From a virus: 35,613 nucleotides of DNA. Made by a program: the position numbers and the translations under genes. Of this stretch, positions 16,058 to 25,755 are shown in pieces. Under the pieces are notes generated by a model. That model was not told the origin of the DNA. It saw only the letters and a list, made by a program, of their open reading frames with translations, and made no database searches. Within the stretch, counting starts at the first letter, position 1. Every line of letters starts with the position of its first letter. Where the stretch lies: positions 1-35,613 of the IMG/VR virus record IMGVR_UViG_3300045988_062966, one strand, 5' to 3'.

Positions 16058-16239
16058 AGGTCAAAGGAACGGCGGCACTTGCGAATCTCCCGCCGGTTTG
16101 CGGTCGTGCCATTTCCTCGCGGCTCGCGAGCCTGCGGGAGGTTCAAACCTTTTACAGCCTGCAAGACGTCTACGACCTCGATGAGGTTTTGACCTTGCAG
16201 AACTATCACGAATGGCTTGCAAGCCGCAGGGATGATTGA
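15644..16239 (+). CDS. Frameshifted chaperone fusion (gpGT analogue): 15644..16000 then the -1 frame 16000..16239
   Basis: The -1 frame reads RQRRVLELPL...LASLREVQTFYSLQDVYDLDEVLTLQNYHEWLASRRDD. Its TGA (16237-16239) overlaps the tape-measure ATG (TGATG). Confidence 0.6.
15994..16000 (+). promoter_or_regulatory. Slippery heptamer T TTT TTC (zero-frame GGT TTT TTC) for a -1 programmed frameshift
   Basis: An X_XXY_YYZ motif sits in the correct phase. The -1 frame is open for 79 codons downstream. Confidence 0.65.
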
Positions 16240-17960
16240 TGTCTGTCATTGACGAATTACTGATTTCCATCGGGCTTGACGCGAAGGAGTTTGCCAATGG
16301 CGTCGATGCCGTTCGTGGGAAGGTCGAGGACTTTGCGACAAAGGCAAAGGAGCAATTTGAAGCGGTCGGCACGCAGTCGAAAGACACGGGCGCCGTTTCT
16401 GCGCTCTCTTTCTCGCGTGCTGGCGAACGCGTGCAGAAGCTCGGTGAAGCGTCGAAAGAAGCCGCCTCGGCTATCTCCGACTCCTTCAAGGGTGCTGCTC
16501 CCGCCATTGAGCTGGTGCGCTCGAAGCTCGGACTGTTGGGCGCGGCCTTCGGGCTGGTGGCCGGTGGAGCGCAGACATTCAGCAACTATATCGACAAATC
16601 GGAATCGCTCGGGACGCTGTCGACGCAACTCGGCGTATCGGTGCGCGAGCTTGACGCATTCGGGAAGGCCGCAGAGGCCGCCGGGGGTTCTGCCGAATCC
16701 ATCTTTTCCTCGATGAAGACTTACTTCCAGCAGACCGGGCGACCGGCTGAGGAAGTATTTCAGCTTGCGAGCAAAGTCGAGGGCATGAGCCGCGGGGCGG
16801 CTCAGCGCTTTTTGCAGGCGCAGGGCGTGGCGCTCGATGCCATTCCCATTTTCCTGCAAGGACAAAAGGCGCTCGATGCCTTAATGGCGAAGTACCGCAA
16901 GACGGCTTTTACCGCGCAGGATAGTCGCAACGCCCGCGCGTTCAAAGTCGCGTGGATGGATTTCAAGATTGCGGCGCAAGACGTCGGCAATGTCTTTGTG
17001 CGGCTGGTGCTTCCTGGCGTCACAAAGGTGCTTGACGGATTGAGTGGGCTGGTCGGGATTATCCGCGAGAACACCCGCGCCTTTGCCCTGCTCGCGGTCG
17101 GGTTCGGGCTTGTGTTTGGGCTTAAAAACCTGAATGCGATTAAGAACGCGATTCTTGCCGTGCGAACCTTCGGCGTGGCCGTCAAGATGGCGGCCCTTCC
17201 GGTGACGGTAATCGCGGCAGGCGTAGCGGCCCTGGTACTCGCTATTGACGACCTGATGGGCTTCGCCCAAGGTGCCGACAGTCTTATTGAGCGAATGCTT
17301 AAGAAGATGGGCGCTGGTGCCGCCGACATCGAAGAGTTGCGCGAGAGCCTGAAGACGCTCGGCGAGGGCTTTTCTTGGCTGTGGGACAAGGTCAAGCCGC
17401 TTTTGGGCGGCGCCCTGACGCTTGTTTTTAAGACCGTTTCGGGCGTTATCGTCGGGCTGGTAGCCGCCATCAACGGCGTCATTATCGGCTTTAACACGCT
17501 TTGGCGGACGGCGAAAAAGGTCGGCAAGGGCATCGCCTCAGTCTTTACGGCGATCCCGGACGCGATCATAGAGGCGCTGAAAACAGCATGGCAGACGCTT
17601 ACCGGGTGGTTCGATGACGCCGCCGATCTCATTAAAAAGAAGATTGGCGAACCCATTAAGGGGCTTTTTGGCGGCATCGGGGAATTCCTCGGTTTTAGCG
17701 GCGACAAGGCCGACGACGAGGAGAAGAAGAACCAGCCCACGAGCACCCGCGAGCGTGAGATTGTCGTTGTGAAGCAAGCGGCATATAAGGCCGCCGCCCC
17801 AAACGTCGTCACTAACGCGAGCATGAATGTCGTGAACAACATCGAGACAAGAGACAACGCGCAGGCGATCAGCCGGGCGATCGGCGCCACGGTCGCAGGC
17901 GGCTTCAACCGTCAGGCGGAACTTATCGGCCAGTCGACGCGCGGCGTCAATTTGAAGTGA
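16239..17960 (+). CDS. Tape measure protein
   Basis: 573 aa, Ala/Gly-rich with hydrophobic segments, lying after the chaperone pair. Confidence 0.85.
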   Translation: MSVIDELLISIGLDAKEFANGVDAVRGKVEDFATKAKEQFEAVGTQSKDTGAVSALSFSRAGERVQKLGEASKEAASAISDSFKGAAPAIELVRSKLGLLGAAFGLVAGGAQTFSNYIDKSESLGTLSTQLGVSVRELDAFGKAAEAAGGSAESIFSSMKTYFQQTGRPAEEVFQLASKVEGMSRGAAQRFLQAQGVALDAIPIFLQGQKALDALMAKYRKTAFTAQDSRNARAFKVAWMDFKIAAQDVGNVFVRLVLPGVTKVLDGLSGLVGIIRENTRAFALLAVGFGLVFGLKNLNAIKNAILAVRTFGVAVKMAALPVTVIAAGVAALVLAIDDLMGFAQGADSLIERMLKKMGAGAADIEELRESLKTLGEGFSWLWDKVKPLLGGALTLVFKTVSGVIVGLVAAINGVIIGFNTLWRTAKKVGKGIASVFTAIPDAIIEALKTAWQTLTGWFDDAADLIKKKIGEPIKGLFGGIGEFLGFSGDKADDEEKKNQPTSTREREIVVVKQAAYKAAAPNVVTNASMNVVNNIETRDNAQAISRAIGATVAGGFNRQAELIGQSTRGVNLK

Positions 17961-17968
17961 GGAACGGA

Positions 17969-18484
17969 ATGGCTCAAGACTTTTCAACGTGGGCGATTCT
18001 CAACGCTTCTGATCGACCTGTTTGCGATTACGTCGGCATTGTGTCCTGCTCGCTAGCCGAGGCCGCCCGCGTGCTTACGGAGCCTTTAGAGGGCGGCAAC
18101 CTTGCGGCCTATAACAAGATGCAGGCACCTGATGCCGTGTCGCTATCGCTTGCGCTTGACGGCGATCCGTCGATTCAGACGCAAGCCCTCAATGCGCTTC
18201 GGAGTCTGAAGCAGGCCATTGGCACCGACTCGCTTTGCAAGCTCGTAACGCCGTATTTCGTGGTTGAAAATCTCGCGCTTGAGACGATCAGCCAGTCGCG
18301 ATCGGTAACGCAAAATGCTAGCTCTCTGATCGTTGAACTGGGGTTTATCACGATACGAGCGGTTCAGACCGGCACACGCAAAGTCGTTTGGTCGCCGCAA
18401 AATCCGACGAGTTCGGACGAAGTGAGCGCCGGGAAGGTGCAACCGAAGACGCTGGCCGCAAAACTTGCCGAGGGCCTTTTATGA
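17969..18484 (+). CDS. Hypothetical tail/baseplate protein
   Basis: GAGGA lies 5 nt upstream of ATG 17969. Confidence 0.5.
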   Translation: MAQDFSTWAILNASDRPVCDYVGIVSCSLAEAARVLTEPLEGGNLAAYNKMQAPDAVSLSLALDGDPSIQTQALNALRSLKQAIGTDSLCKLVTPYFVVENLALETISQSRSVTQNASSLIVELGFITIRAVQTGTRKVVWSPQNPTSSDEVSAGKVQPKTLAAKLAEGLL

Positions 18485-18783
18485 GCTGGATGCAAATTCC
18501 TCTTTCCGCCGTTCCGTTTCAGACGGTTAGCGCTGTCGTCAACGGCCAGAACTACCGCGTCACTGTCCGCCAAAACGGGGCATTTATTTATACCTCGTTG
18601 ATGGTTGACGGCGTGCGGGTTGTCGATAACGCGCTGGCGGTTGCACGCGGGCGCGTGATCCCTTTCGCGCAGACCGTGGCGCGGACCAGGCTTTATTGGG
18701 TTGACACGCAGGGCAACGACCGCCCGCAGTACGGCGGACTAGGCGACCGGTGGATTTTGGTCTACGAGGCGGCCAATGAGTAG
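18481..18783 (+). CDS. Hypothetical tail protein
   Basis: ATGA overlap with the upstream gene. It is an internal start of tracked ORF 18388..18783. Confidence 0.5.
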   Translation: MSWMQIPLSAVPFQTVSAVVNGQNYRVTVRQNGAFIYTSLMVDGVRVVDNALAVARGRVIPFAQTVARTRLYWVDTQGNDRPQYGGLGDRWILVYEAANE

Positions 18784-19636
18784 CTACACGCGAAAGATTA
18801 TCCGCATCCGCATCACGATGGACGATGGCGGCGCCAGCGGCTCACAGATGACGTTCACGGAGAACGCGATAGCCGTTCGGATTCAGAAGCAAGGGGCGCC
18901 CGAACTTCCGAAGGCACAGGTTGCGATTTGGGGCCTGTCGCAGGATCAAATGACGCAGCTCACGATGCTGTCTTTTGATGCGCTGTCGTTGCGCCGGAAC
19001 GTGCTTGAGATTGCCGCAGGCGAAGAAGGACGCGAGTTAGCCGTTGTCTTTCAAGGCGAGATCATGAACGCGGCGCCGGACATGAATGCGGCACCGTCTC
19101 CCGTGATGCGGCTTGAAGCCATTTCAGCCGCCTATCCGAAGCTGATTCCCTCGCCTCCCGTGGCGGTCAAAGGGGAGCAGACTGTTGACAGCCTGATGCA
19201 GGCTTTTGCGGGCGAGGCTGGTTTGCAATACGAATCGGCAGGCATCACATCGAGCCTGACGAACTGCACGATTAACGGCGACCCGATCACGAAAAGCAAA
19301 TGGGTCGCGGACACAATCGGCGCCGATCTCGTTATTGACGATCAAAAGATGGTGCTGGTCGGCCCCGACAGTTCCCGCGGCGAGGCTGTGGCCATTGACG
19401 TCATCAACCCGCAAACCGGGGAGATCGGATATCCTAGCTTCGACTCGCTTGGCATTCGGGCGGTGTGCTTATTTAATCCCGTCCTGATGGTCTGCGGATT
19501 GTGCCGTATTGAAAGCTCTATGCCGCGCGCGACGGGTGTTTGGAAAATTTACAGCGTGACGCACGACATAGCCGCCAACCTCCCGAACGGAGGCGCGTGG
19601 CGTACAGAAATCGCAGGAACGTGGGTTGACAGATGA
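18776..19636 (+). CDS. Baseplate hub-like protein
   Basis: 286 aa between the tape-measure-proximal genes and the spike gene. Confidence 0.45.
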   Translation: MSSYTRKIIRIRITMDDGGASGSQMTFTENAIAVRIQKQGAPELPKAQVAIWGLSQDQMTQLTMLSFDALSLRRNVLEIAAGEEGRELAVVFQGEIMNAAPDMNAAPSPVMRLEAISAAYPKLIPSPPVAVKGEQTVDSLMQAFAGEAGLQYESAGITSSLTNCTINGDPITKSKWVADTIGADLVIDDQKMVLVGPDSSRGEAVAIDVINPQTGEIGYPSFDSLGIRAVCLFNPVLMVCGLCRIESSMPRATGVWKIYSVTHDIAANLPNGGAWRTEIAGTWVDR

Positions 19637-20475
19637 CTGAGCTTAAAACCAATGCGCGGGTATCGTCCTTAGGGTCGGAACTCAACGCACAGGAATTTTT
19701 CACGCGCTCCATCGTCAAACAGATGGTGAGCACGGCGATTCCCGTACGGGTTGACGTGGTTGAGCGTGCGGCCGACGGAAGCGGCGCCCTGTACGTTGAT
19801 GCGACGCCCCTTGTGTGTCAGACGGGTGCCGACGGCAATGTACTGGGACCCGTGAGCATCCCGCACCTGCCTTATTTCAGGCTTCAACACGGCACCGCCG
19901 CTGTGATTTGCGATCCGGTCGTGGGTGACATCGGGCTGGCGATTTTTGCTCAGCAGGATTGTTCACGACTGACGGGCGGCAATACGCCTGTGGCGCCGGG
20001 GACGTTTCGATGCTTTGATATGTCGGACGGCTTTTACATCGGCGGCTTTTGGGGGCAGGTGCCGAAAACCTTCATTCACATCGAAGAGAAGGGGACGATT
20101 CACGTTGTCGCACCGAAGCAGCACCATTTAGAAAGCCCGACGGTGATCGTGGATTGCGAAACCGTCACGGTGAATGCAAAGGACTCGGCCACAGTTGTGA
20201 CGAAGACCGCCAAAGTGAATGCATCGAGTTCGCTGACGGTTGACAGCCCTCAGAGCACGTTCACGGGAAACGTCGCGATCCAAAAGAATCTGACGGTCAC
20301 GGGCCACATCTCCGGCACGTCCGGCATGAGTATTACGGGCGGTACCGGGGGCGCGACTGCTACCTTTCAGGGTTCGATTAAGGTTTCTGATGATGTTACG
20401 GCGAGCGGCATTAGCCTCACGAGTCACACCCACACCGAGCAGGGGGATGGCAAAGAAACGTCAGGACCGCATTAA
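19633..20475 (+). CDS. Baseplate spike / assembly protein V-like
   Basis: An OB-like N-terminus is followed by a beta-helical repeat region (TVNAKDSATVVTKTAKVNASSSLTV...). The apex motif is LTSHTHTEQGDG. Confidence 0.7.
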   Translation: MTELKTNARVSSLGSELNAQEFFTRSIVKQMVSTAIPVRVDVVERAADGSGALYVDATPLVCQTGADGNVLGPVSIPHLPYFRLQHGTAAVICDPVVGDIGLAIFAQQDCSRLTGGNTPVAPGTFRCFDMSDGFYIGGFWGQVPKTFIHIEEKGTIHVVAPKQHHLESPTVIVDCETVTVNAKDSATVVTKTAKVNASSSLTVDSPQSTFTGNVAIQKNLTVTGHISGTSGMSITGGTGGATATFQGSIKVSDDVTASGISLTSHTHTEQGDGKETSGPH

Positions 20476-20484
20476 GAGGTTGAA

Positions 20485-20847
20485 ATGCACACTCAGAAGA
20501 CTTTGGGGCTTTCTTCAGGCTGGGACTTGGAATTTGACGCAAACGGCAATTTGAAGATGCTTGATAAAGCAGAGGCGATCTGTCAGAACGTCTGCAACGA
20601 ATGCCGGTTGTTCCTTCATGATGCATACTTTCGCTACGACGAGGGCATCGACTGGTTCACGGATCAGCTGGGACTCCCCCTGCAAGTTGCGATTGTCACC
20701 GACCGATTGCGTCGGGCCGCGCTGAGCGTGCCGGGCGTGCTGGCGGTGACGGCGATCAACCTTGAAGTGATGGACAAGAAATCGCGCACCCTGCGCGGGA
20801 CAATTGAAATCGAAACTGAGTACGGCCATGGCACAAGTTACATTTAA
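20485..20847 (+). CDS. Baseplate wedge protein (gpW/gp25-like position)
   Basis: 120 aa immediately upstream of the J-like gene. Confidence 0.45.
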   Translation: MHTQKTLGLSSGWDLEFDANGNLKMLDKAEAICQNVCNECRLFLHDAYFRYDEGIDWFTDQLGLPLQVAIVTDRLRRAALSVPGVLAVTAINLEVMDKKSRTLRGTIEIETEYGHGTSYI

Positions 20848-22036
20848 TCAGAAAACGGGCGTAGTCGTTCCGTCGACGCGAGAAGTGCGCGAGGATTTGG
20901 CACGGGCCGTGCAGGACGCGATGCCTGCGGCCGCCAACGGAGATCCCGTCAACGTCGATTCAACGTCGCCGCTCGGGCAGATCGTTGACCTGACGACGGC
21001 AGAGGTTGAGGCCAAGAATTCCGAAGTGGGATTTTTAGCGAACCAATACAATCCCGACGTTGCGCATGGCATCTTTCTCGACGCGCTGGCGAACCTTTAC
21101 GGGCTACAGCGCAATGTATCCGAGCCGACTGTTGTCGTCTGCACGTGCACGGGCCTGCGCGGAACGGTTATCCCGTACGGCGCAATCGTTGAGGATGCGA
21201 ACGGCAATAAGTTGCGCCACATTGCGGTTGCTGGCGCCGCCATCGGAGACGCGGGCACGCTGGAAACGACCTTCGCGACGGTTGAGCACGGGCCGATTGA
21301 AATTGGCCCGGAAACCGTGACGAAGATCGTGACCGTGGTCGCAGGGTGGGATACCGTCAACAATGCCGCCGCGGGCGCCACGGGCCGAGACATTGAGCCG
21401 GATGGCGAGTTGCGCAGCCGAATGAAAGAGTCCTACGCGATGAACGCAAACGGCACTGTGAGCAACATTCAGGCCAATTTGTCGCAGCTTGACGGCGTAC
21501 TTGATTGTGTCGTTTTGGAGAACTACACGAACTTAAAAAAGACACAGTACGCCCTTGAGCTTGAGCCTCATTCAATTGCTGTGTGCATCGTGGGCGGCGA
21601 AGATGCGGATATCGCTCGCGTGATCTTTGAACGCAAGTCGGGAGGGTGCGGAACGAACGGCGATACGGAAGTCAAGCACGTCGACAAAGAGCACTTTAAC
21701 GCCTTGTACACGTATCGCATCGTCCGCCCGACGGCAGTCGATTTCCGCGTTAAGGTCGAATTTTTCAGCGCAGACATGGATGCCGAGACGCAGGCCGCCG
21801 TCAAGGAGGCCATTGTTAAAGACTTCCTAGGCGAGCTTGATAACTCGCGCGTGACTCTCGCGAGTACGGTCTACGCCTCTCGCTTTTACAAATGCGTGCA
21901 GGCCGTTACGACGTCGCCGGTCAAGGCCATTACGGTTGGGTTGAACGAGGGCGCATTAGGGGCCTCGGTTGAGGTGCCTGCGACCGAGTCGCCTTCAATC
22001 TCGCCTGAAACGATTACGCTGACATTTGGAGGCTAG
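20828..22036 (+). CDS. Baseplate J-like protein
   Basis: 402 aa, assigned by position and size. Starts MAQVTFNQKTG. The segment ...GRDIEPDGELRSRMKES is typical of the J family. Confidence 0.75.
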   Translation: MAQVTFNQKTGVVVPSTREVREDLARAVQDAMPAAANGDPVNVDSTSPLGQIVDLTTAEVEAKNSEVGFLANQYNPDVAHGIFLDALANLYGLQRNVSEPTVVVCTCTGLRGTVIPYGAIVEDANGNKLRHIAVAGAAIGDAGTLETTFATVEHGPIEIGPETVTKIVTVVAGWDTVNNAAAGATGRDIEPDGELRSRMKESYAMNANGTVSNIQANLSQLDGVLDCVVLENYTNLKKTQYALELEPHSIAVCIVGGEDADIARVIFERKSGGCGTNGDTEVKHVDKEHFNALYTYRIVRPTAVDFRVKVEFFSADMDAETQAAVKEAIVKDFLGELDNSRVTLASTVYASRFYKCVQAVTTSPVKAITVGLNEGALGASVEVPATESPSISPETITLTFGG

Positions 22037-22038
22037 CC

Positions 22039-22674
22039 ATGAGCGATTCACAGACTTGGCAGAACTTTGAAGCTGCCGAAGACGTGCGCGAAATGGCCGA
22101 CGTGACAAGTCGCGCGTCTGTGGCCATGCAAAGCCAGTACGCTCACGCCCCGCGCATGAACGCCGTCGGAAAGATTTTGCAGGACGAGATTGACGCGACG
22201 GATCAGCTCGATGATATCGCGGGGCAGGTCGCCGACGTTCAGACGGCGAAGGGCGTTTTTCTCGACTGGTGGGGCAAGCGCATCGGCATCGACCGATACA
22301 TTAAAGTCAAAGACGAATATGTCCGATTCGATGACGACTATTTTCGTTTCCTGCTGATGTATCGCGCTGTCTGCAACGTTTCGGATTCGACGTGCGCAAC
22401 GATGAATCGGATGCTTTCCCTGCTCACGAGCACGCGGGTTTTTTGCGTTGACTACGGGGACATGACCCTCCAAAGCATCGTGGTCATTGGGTCTATCAGT
22501 GATTTACAGGCCATGATTTTGCAGACGTACGGGCTATTGAATCGCCCCGCAGGCGTGATGACCAATTTCCTGATCATCTATCCGGATGAGAAGATTTTTG
22601 GGTTTGAAGGGTCTGACCTGTTACCGTTTGATCAGGGCGTTTTCAATCCGGGCAGAACAATCAACGACTTCTAA
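22039..22674 (+). CDS. Baseplate/tail-fibre adaptor (DUF2612 / gpI-like)
   Basis: QSQYAHAPRMNAVGKIL ... DVQTAKGVFLDWWGKRIG matches the recalled DUF2612 pattern. Confidence 0.55.
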   Translation: MSDSQTWQNFEAAEDVREMADVTSRASVAMQSQYAHAPRMNAVGKILQDEIDATDQLDDIAGQVADVQTAKGVFLDWWGKRIGIDRYIKVKDEYVRFDDDYFRFLLMYRAVCNVSDSTCATMNRMLSLLTSTRVFCVDYGDMTLQSIVVIGSISDLQAMILQTYGLLNRPAGVMTNFLIIYPDEKIFGFEGSDLLPFDQGVFNPGRTINDF

Positions 22675-22676
22675 CG

Positions 22677-22698
22677 CCTCGCACGTGCGGGGTTTTTT
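22677..22698 (+). terminator. Intrinsic terminator CCTCGC-ACGT-GCGGGG-TTTTTT
   Basis: Read directly. Confidence 0.65.
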
Positions 22699-22710
22699 CA
22701 TGGGCCACAT

Positions 22711-23781
22711 ATGAGCAATTATCCGCAGTTTCTTTTGGCATCGGCCTTTGCGGCTGATGGGGACAAGACTATCCCTCCGGCTGACTCGCAGACGGCAGGC
22801 ACAGGGCGTTTTTCGCAGGCAAAGGGCTGGACTGACGTCAACTCCAAGCCGATCGGAGAGGGCGGAATTCCGCCACGTCGAGACGACATAAATGGAGCCT
22901 TTTATCTGCTCTCGACTTTCATCTGCTGGTTCCAGCAGGGCGGCGTAATGAAGTACGCCACCACGCTTGACTATGAGCCGGACAACGAGGTTTTCCACAA
23001 TGGCGTCAAGTACCGGTGCTTGATCGCAAATGGTACTGGTACCGAAAAAGGCGTTGTCGCGCCCGACTCTGACAAAACGGTGTGGAGCAATCGCGATCTT
23101 CCGAGCGTTCTTGCCGGTCAAGTCACGCCTTTCTACAACTGCAAGCTTGGCGGAAGTGACGGCAGAAGGCTGATCCCGTGGGGGTCGACCGATCCCGATG
23201 AAAGCTACGTGCTATGCGACGGCGGCAGTGACGGACTGGGTGGGAACGTCCCCAATCTGATGGATAAGTTCATCCTCCCGGGTACGGTTGAGCAATCCGG
23301 CCAGACTGGAGGACGCCTGACGTTGAGTGTGCCGGGTGTGACGGTGAGCGGCACTGTGGGTGAAACCGTTCTCACGGTGGATCAAATCCCGAGCCACACG
23401 CACACAGGAAGCACGGACAGCGCGGGCGCTCACACGCACACGCGCGGGACGATGGAGATCACGGGAACGCACGGCGGACACGCCTTCAAATATGGTAATC
23501 CGTCCCTTGCCGACGGGGCGTTTTACTTCCCGAACACCCAGAACGGCGGCGCTGGTGCAGCGACGAACTGCAACGTCTACAACATGGAATTTCAGGCGAG
23601 CCGAAACTGGACAGGCGCAACAAGCTCCAACGGAACGCACACGCACGCCATCACAATGGGCGCCACCGGCGGCGGCAAAGGACACACGCACACGATCACG
23701 TCTGAAAGCACGGCGCAGGAGCTCACGCTTGATCGTCCGCCTTTCTACCGCCTCGCCTTCTTCGTGAAACTTCCGGAATGA
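22711..23781 (+). CDS. Tail fibre protein with a tail-collar domain and HxH repeats
   Basis: YVLCDGG...NVPNLMDKFILPG...LTVDQIPSHTHTGS..GAHTHT..GTHTHAI..GHTHTI. Confidence 0.75.
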   Translation: MSNYPQFLLASAFAADGDKTIPPADSQTAGTGRFSQAKGWTDVNSKPIGEGGIPPRRDDINGAFYLLSTFICWFQQGGVMKYATTLDYEPDNEVFHNGVKYRCLIANGTGTEKGVVAPDSDKTVWSNRDLPSVLAGQVTPFYNCKLGGSDGRRLIPWGSTDPDESYVLCDGGSDGLGGNVPNLMDKFILPGTVEQSGQTGGRLTLSVPGVTVSGTVGETVLTVDQIPSHTHTGSTDSAGAHTHTRGTMEITGTHGGHAFKYGNPSLADGAFYFPNTQNGGAGAATNCNVYNMEFQASRNWTGATSSNGTHTHAITMGATGGGKGHTHTITSESTAQELTLDRPPFYRLAFFVKLPE

Positions 23782-23785
23782 ACAA

Positions 23786-24979
23786 ATGGCTAGTAAGAGA
23801 TTCCAATTCCATTTTGTAGCCACGCCGACGGGGACGATTTCAGGCGCATCAGTACTCAAGCAGACCGAAGACGCAATCAACGATTTAGGCGATTACGTCT
23901 ATTCGTCGTCGTTTGACGCATCGAACGCGCTTGCACAAGCCCAGCAGGCTGTGAACATCGCGAACGCTGCTCAGCAGAACGCAACAGCGGCGGCCAACAC
24001 TGCGAACTCGGCTCTTGCACAGGTGCAGACGCTGACCGTCACGGTCAACTCGTGGGATGGCCGCATCACGACGGCGGAAAGCAATGCCGCGACGGCAGTC
24101 AGCACGGCGAACTCCGCAAACTCGAAGTCTGATCAGGCTGTGGCCACTTCCGAAGCGGCAAACGCAAAGTCTGATCAGGCAGTGACTTCCGCGAATGCGG
24201 CAAGCGCAACGGCCACACAGGCAAGCCAATCTGCGACGAAAGCCGTCGGCACGGCAAACAGCGCCATGCAGACCGCCCAGCAGGCCGTCGAGACCGCTCA
24301 GCATGCTGTGACTGACACGGACGCAATTCGTGATGAAGTCAACGCCGACATGGAGACGATCAACGCGCAGGTAACGGAAGCCACGACGCAGGCGCAGAAC
24401 GCTCTCGGATCAGCATCGCAGGCGCAGAACTCCGCAGACAAGGCCGAGGCATGGGCAACGCAGACCGAAAACGTCGCGCAGGAAGGCGAGCCCGCTGATT
24501 ACACGGTCGACGGTGAAGGCTACAGCGCGAAGTGGCACGCACTCGAGGCCGAGGCTTGGGCTGTCAAGATGGACGGCCAAGTAACCGCGGGCAACCTTCC
24601 CGACGGCACTGCGGTCGACTACTCGGCGAAGTATTACGCGCAACAGGCAGGGATCTCGGCGACGGCTGCGGCTTCCTCAGCCAGCACCGCCGCAAGCAGC
24701 GAGGCGAATGCCAAGACATCCGAGACGAACGCGAAATCGAGCGCGACCGCAGCCAAGTCCTCGGAAACCAACGCGGCAAGTTCTGCCAGCGCCGCTCAGG
24801 CCGCTCAGACTGCGGCAGAAACGGCGCGAGATGAAGCTGTGGCGGCGGCGGGCGCGAACACGACTGCGGTTCTGTACACAGCGCAGACGCTTACGACTGA
24901 AGAGCAGTTGCAGGCTCGAACGAACATCGGAATGACGACATTAAGTAATTCCGAAATCGATGCCTTGTTTAGCGCCTAA
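23786..24979 (+). CDS. Tail fibre protein with an Ala/Ser/Thr/Asn/Gln-rich coiled-coil shaft
   Basis: Low-complexity repeats (SANSKSDQAVATSEAANAKSDQAVTSANA...; SETNAKSSATAAKSSETNAASSA). The C-terminus is YTAQTLTTEEQLQARTNIG. Confidence 0.65.
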   Translation: MASKRFQFHFVATPTGTISGASVLKQTEDAINDLGDYVYSSSFDASNALAQAQQAVNIANAAQQNATAAANTANSALAQVQTLTVTVNSWDGRITTAESNAATAVSTANSANSKSDQAVATSEAANAKSDQAVTSANAASATATQASQSATKAVGTANSAMQTAQQAVETAQHAVTDTDAIRDEVNADMETINAQVTEATTQAQNALGSASQAQNSADKAEAWATQTENVAQEGEPADYTVDGEGYSAKWHALEAEAWAVKMDGQVTAGNLPDGTAVDYSAKYYAQQAGISATAAASSASTAASSEANAKTSETNAKSSATAAKSSETNAASSASAAQAAQTAAETARDEAVAAAGANTTAVLYTAQTLTTEEQLQARTNIGMTTLSNSEIDALFSA

Positions 24980-25064
24980 GTTGAAGCTCACCCGTTTAAA
25001 AACGGAGGATTCACCATGTCAGATTGACGCGCTCTTTTCGTAATCGCTAAACGGTAAAAACAAT

Positions 25065-25094
25065 CCCCGGAGGTTGATTCTTCCGGGGCTTTTT
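25065..25094 (+). terminator. Intrinsic terminator CCCCGGA-N10-TCCGGGG-CTTTTT
   Basis: Read directly. Confidence 0.7.
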
Positions 25095-25108
25095 CAAGAG
25101 GAAAAGAC

Positions 25109-25714
25109 ATGGCTGGATATTTGGATGCATCGGGCCTCGAACATTTCAAGAGGAAAAACGACGCGGCATATCTTGGCAAGCGGGAGAAGGCGGCTTCAGC
25201 GGCGGTCGCAGACTCAGTTGATTGGGAGAACGTTTCCGGGAGACCGGATCTATCTGCAGTAATTCCGCCCGGCACCATCATCCACTACGCCGGGCGCACG
25301 GTCCCGAGCGGCTGGCTCATCTGCAACGGCTCGACTGCGAGCCGAACCGACTACGCGGCCCTTTTCGCGGCTATCGGCACGACCTACGGCGCTGGCAACG
25401 GGTCGACAACCTTCGGCCTGCCGAATATGAACGGTCGCTTCCTCGAGGGCACGACATCGACTTCTTTGGTCGGCATTTACTACTCAGCGGGGTTACCGAA
25501 CATCACGGGGTCTTTCACCTCTCACGGCAATACTGGCTCAATGGAAACCACCGGACCATTTACGAACGGGGGAACCGGGGTGCATTCAAACAGCGGGGGA
25601 GCGAGCGATGGCAGACACGTTTACATGGATGCCAATAGGTGTTCATATGTATACGGAGCGTCTAGTGGAGTTCAACCAGAGGCGCTGCTGACGCTAGTCC
25701 TCATGAAAACTTGA
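25109..25714 (+). CDS. Short tail fibre / receptor-binding protein with a tail-collar domain
   Basis: PSGWLICNGSTASRTDYAALFAAIGTTYGAGNGSTTFGLPNMNGRFLEG is a canonical collar motif. Confidence 0.7.
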   Translation: MAGYLDASGLEHFKRKNDAAYLGKREKAASAAVADSVDWENVSGRPDLSAVIPPGTIIHYAGRTVPSGWLICNGSTASRTDYAALFAAIGTTYGAGNGSTTFGLPNMNGRFLEGTTSTSLVGIYYSAGLPNITGSFTSHGNTGSMETTGPFTNGGTGVHSNSGGASDGRHVYMDANRCSYVYGASSGVQPEALLTLVLMKT

Positions 25715-25755
25715 TCAGGACTAAAGCCGACATCGCCGGGGGCTTAACCGTTGAG

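Noticed and set aside
16802-17908. 368-aa ORF on the minus strand, plus several 130-200-aa minus ORFs at 16.0-17.3 kb
   Set aside because: They are antisense to the tape-measure gene and have Ser/Pro/Ala/Thr-rich low-complexity sequence.
23212-23880. 222-aa minus-strand ORF, plus alternative-frame ORFs across 23.3-24.9 kb
   Set aside because: They overlap the fibre genes. Their Arg/Cys-rich sequences are generated by the repetitive, GC-rich fibre coding sequence.
22711-25714. Diversity-generating retroelement targeting a fibre gene
   Set aside because: There is no reverse transcriptase anywhere in the window. I could not find a template/variable repeat pair.
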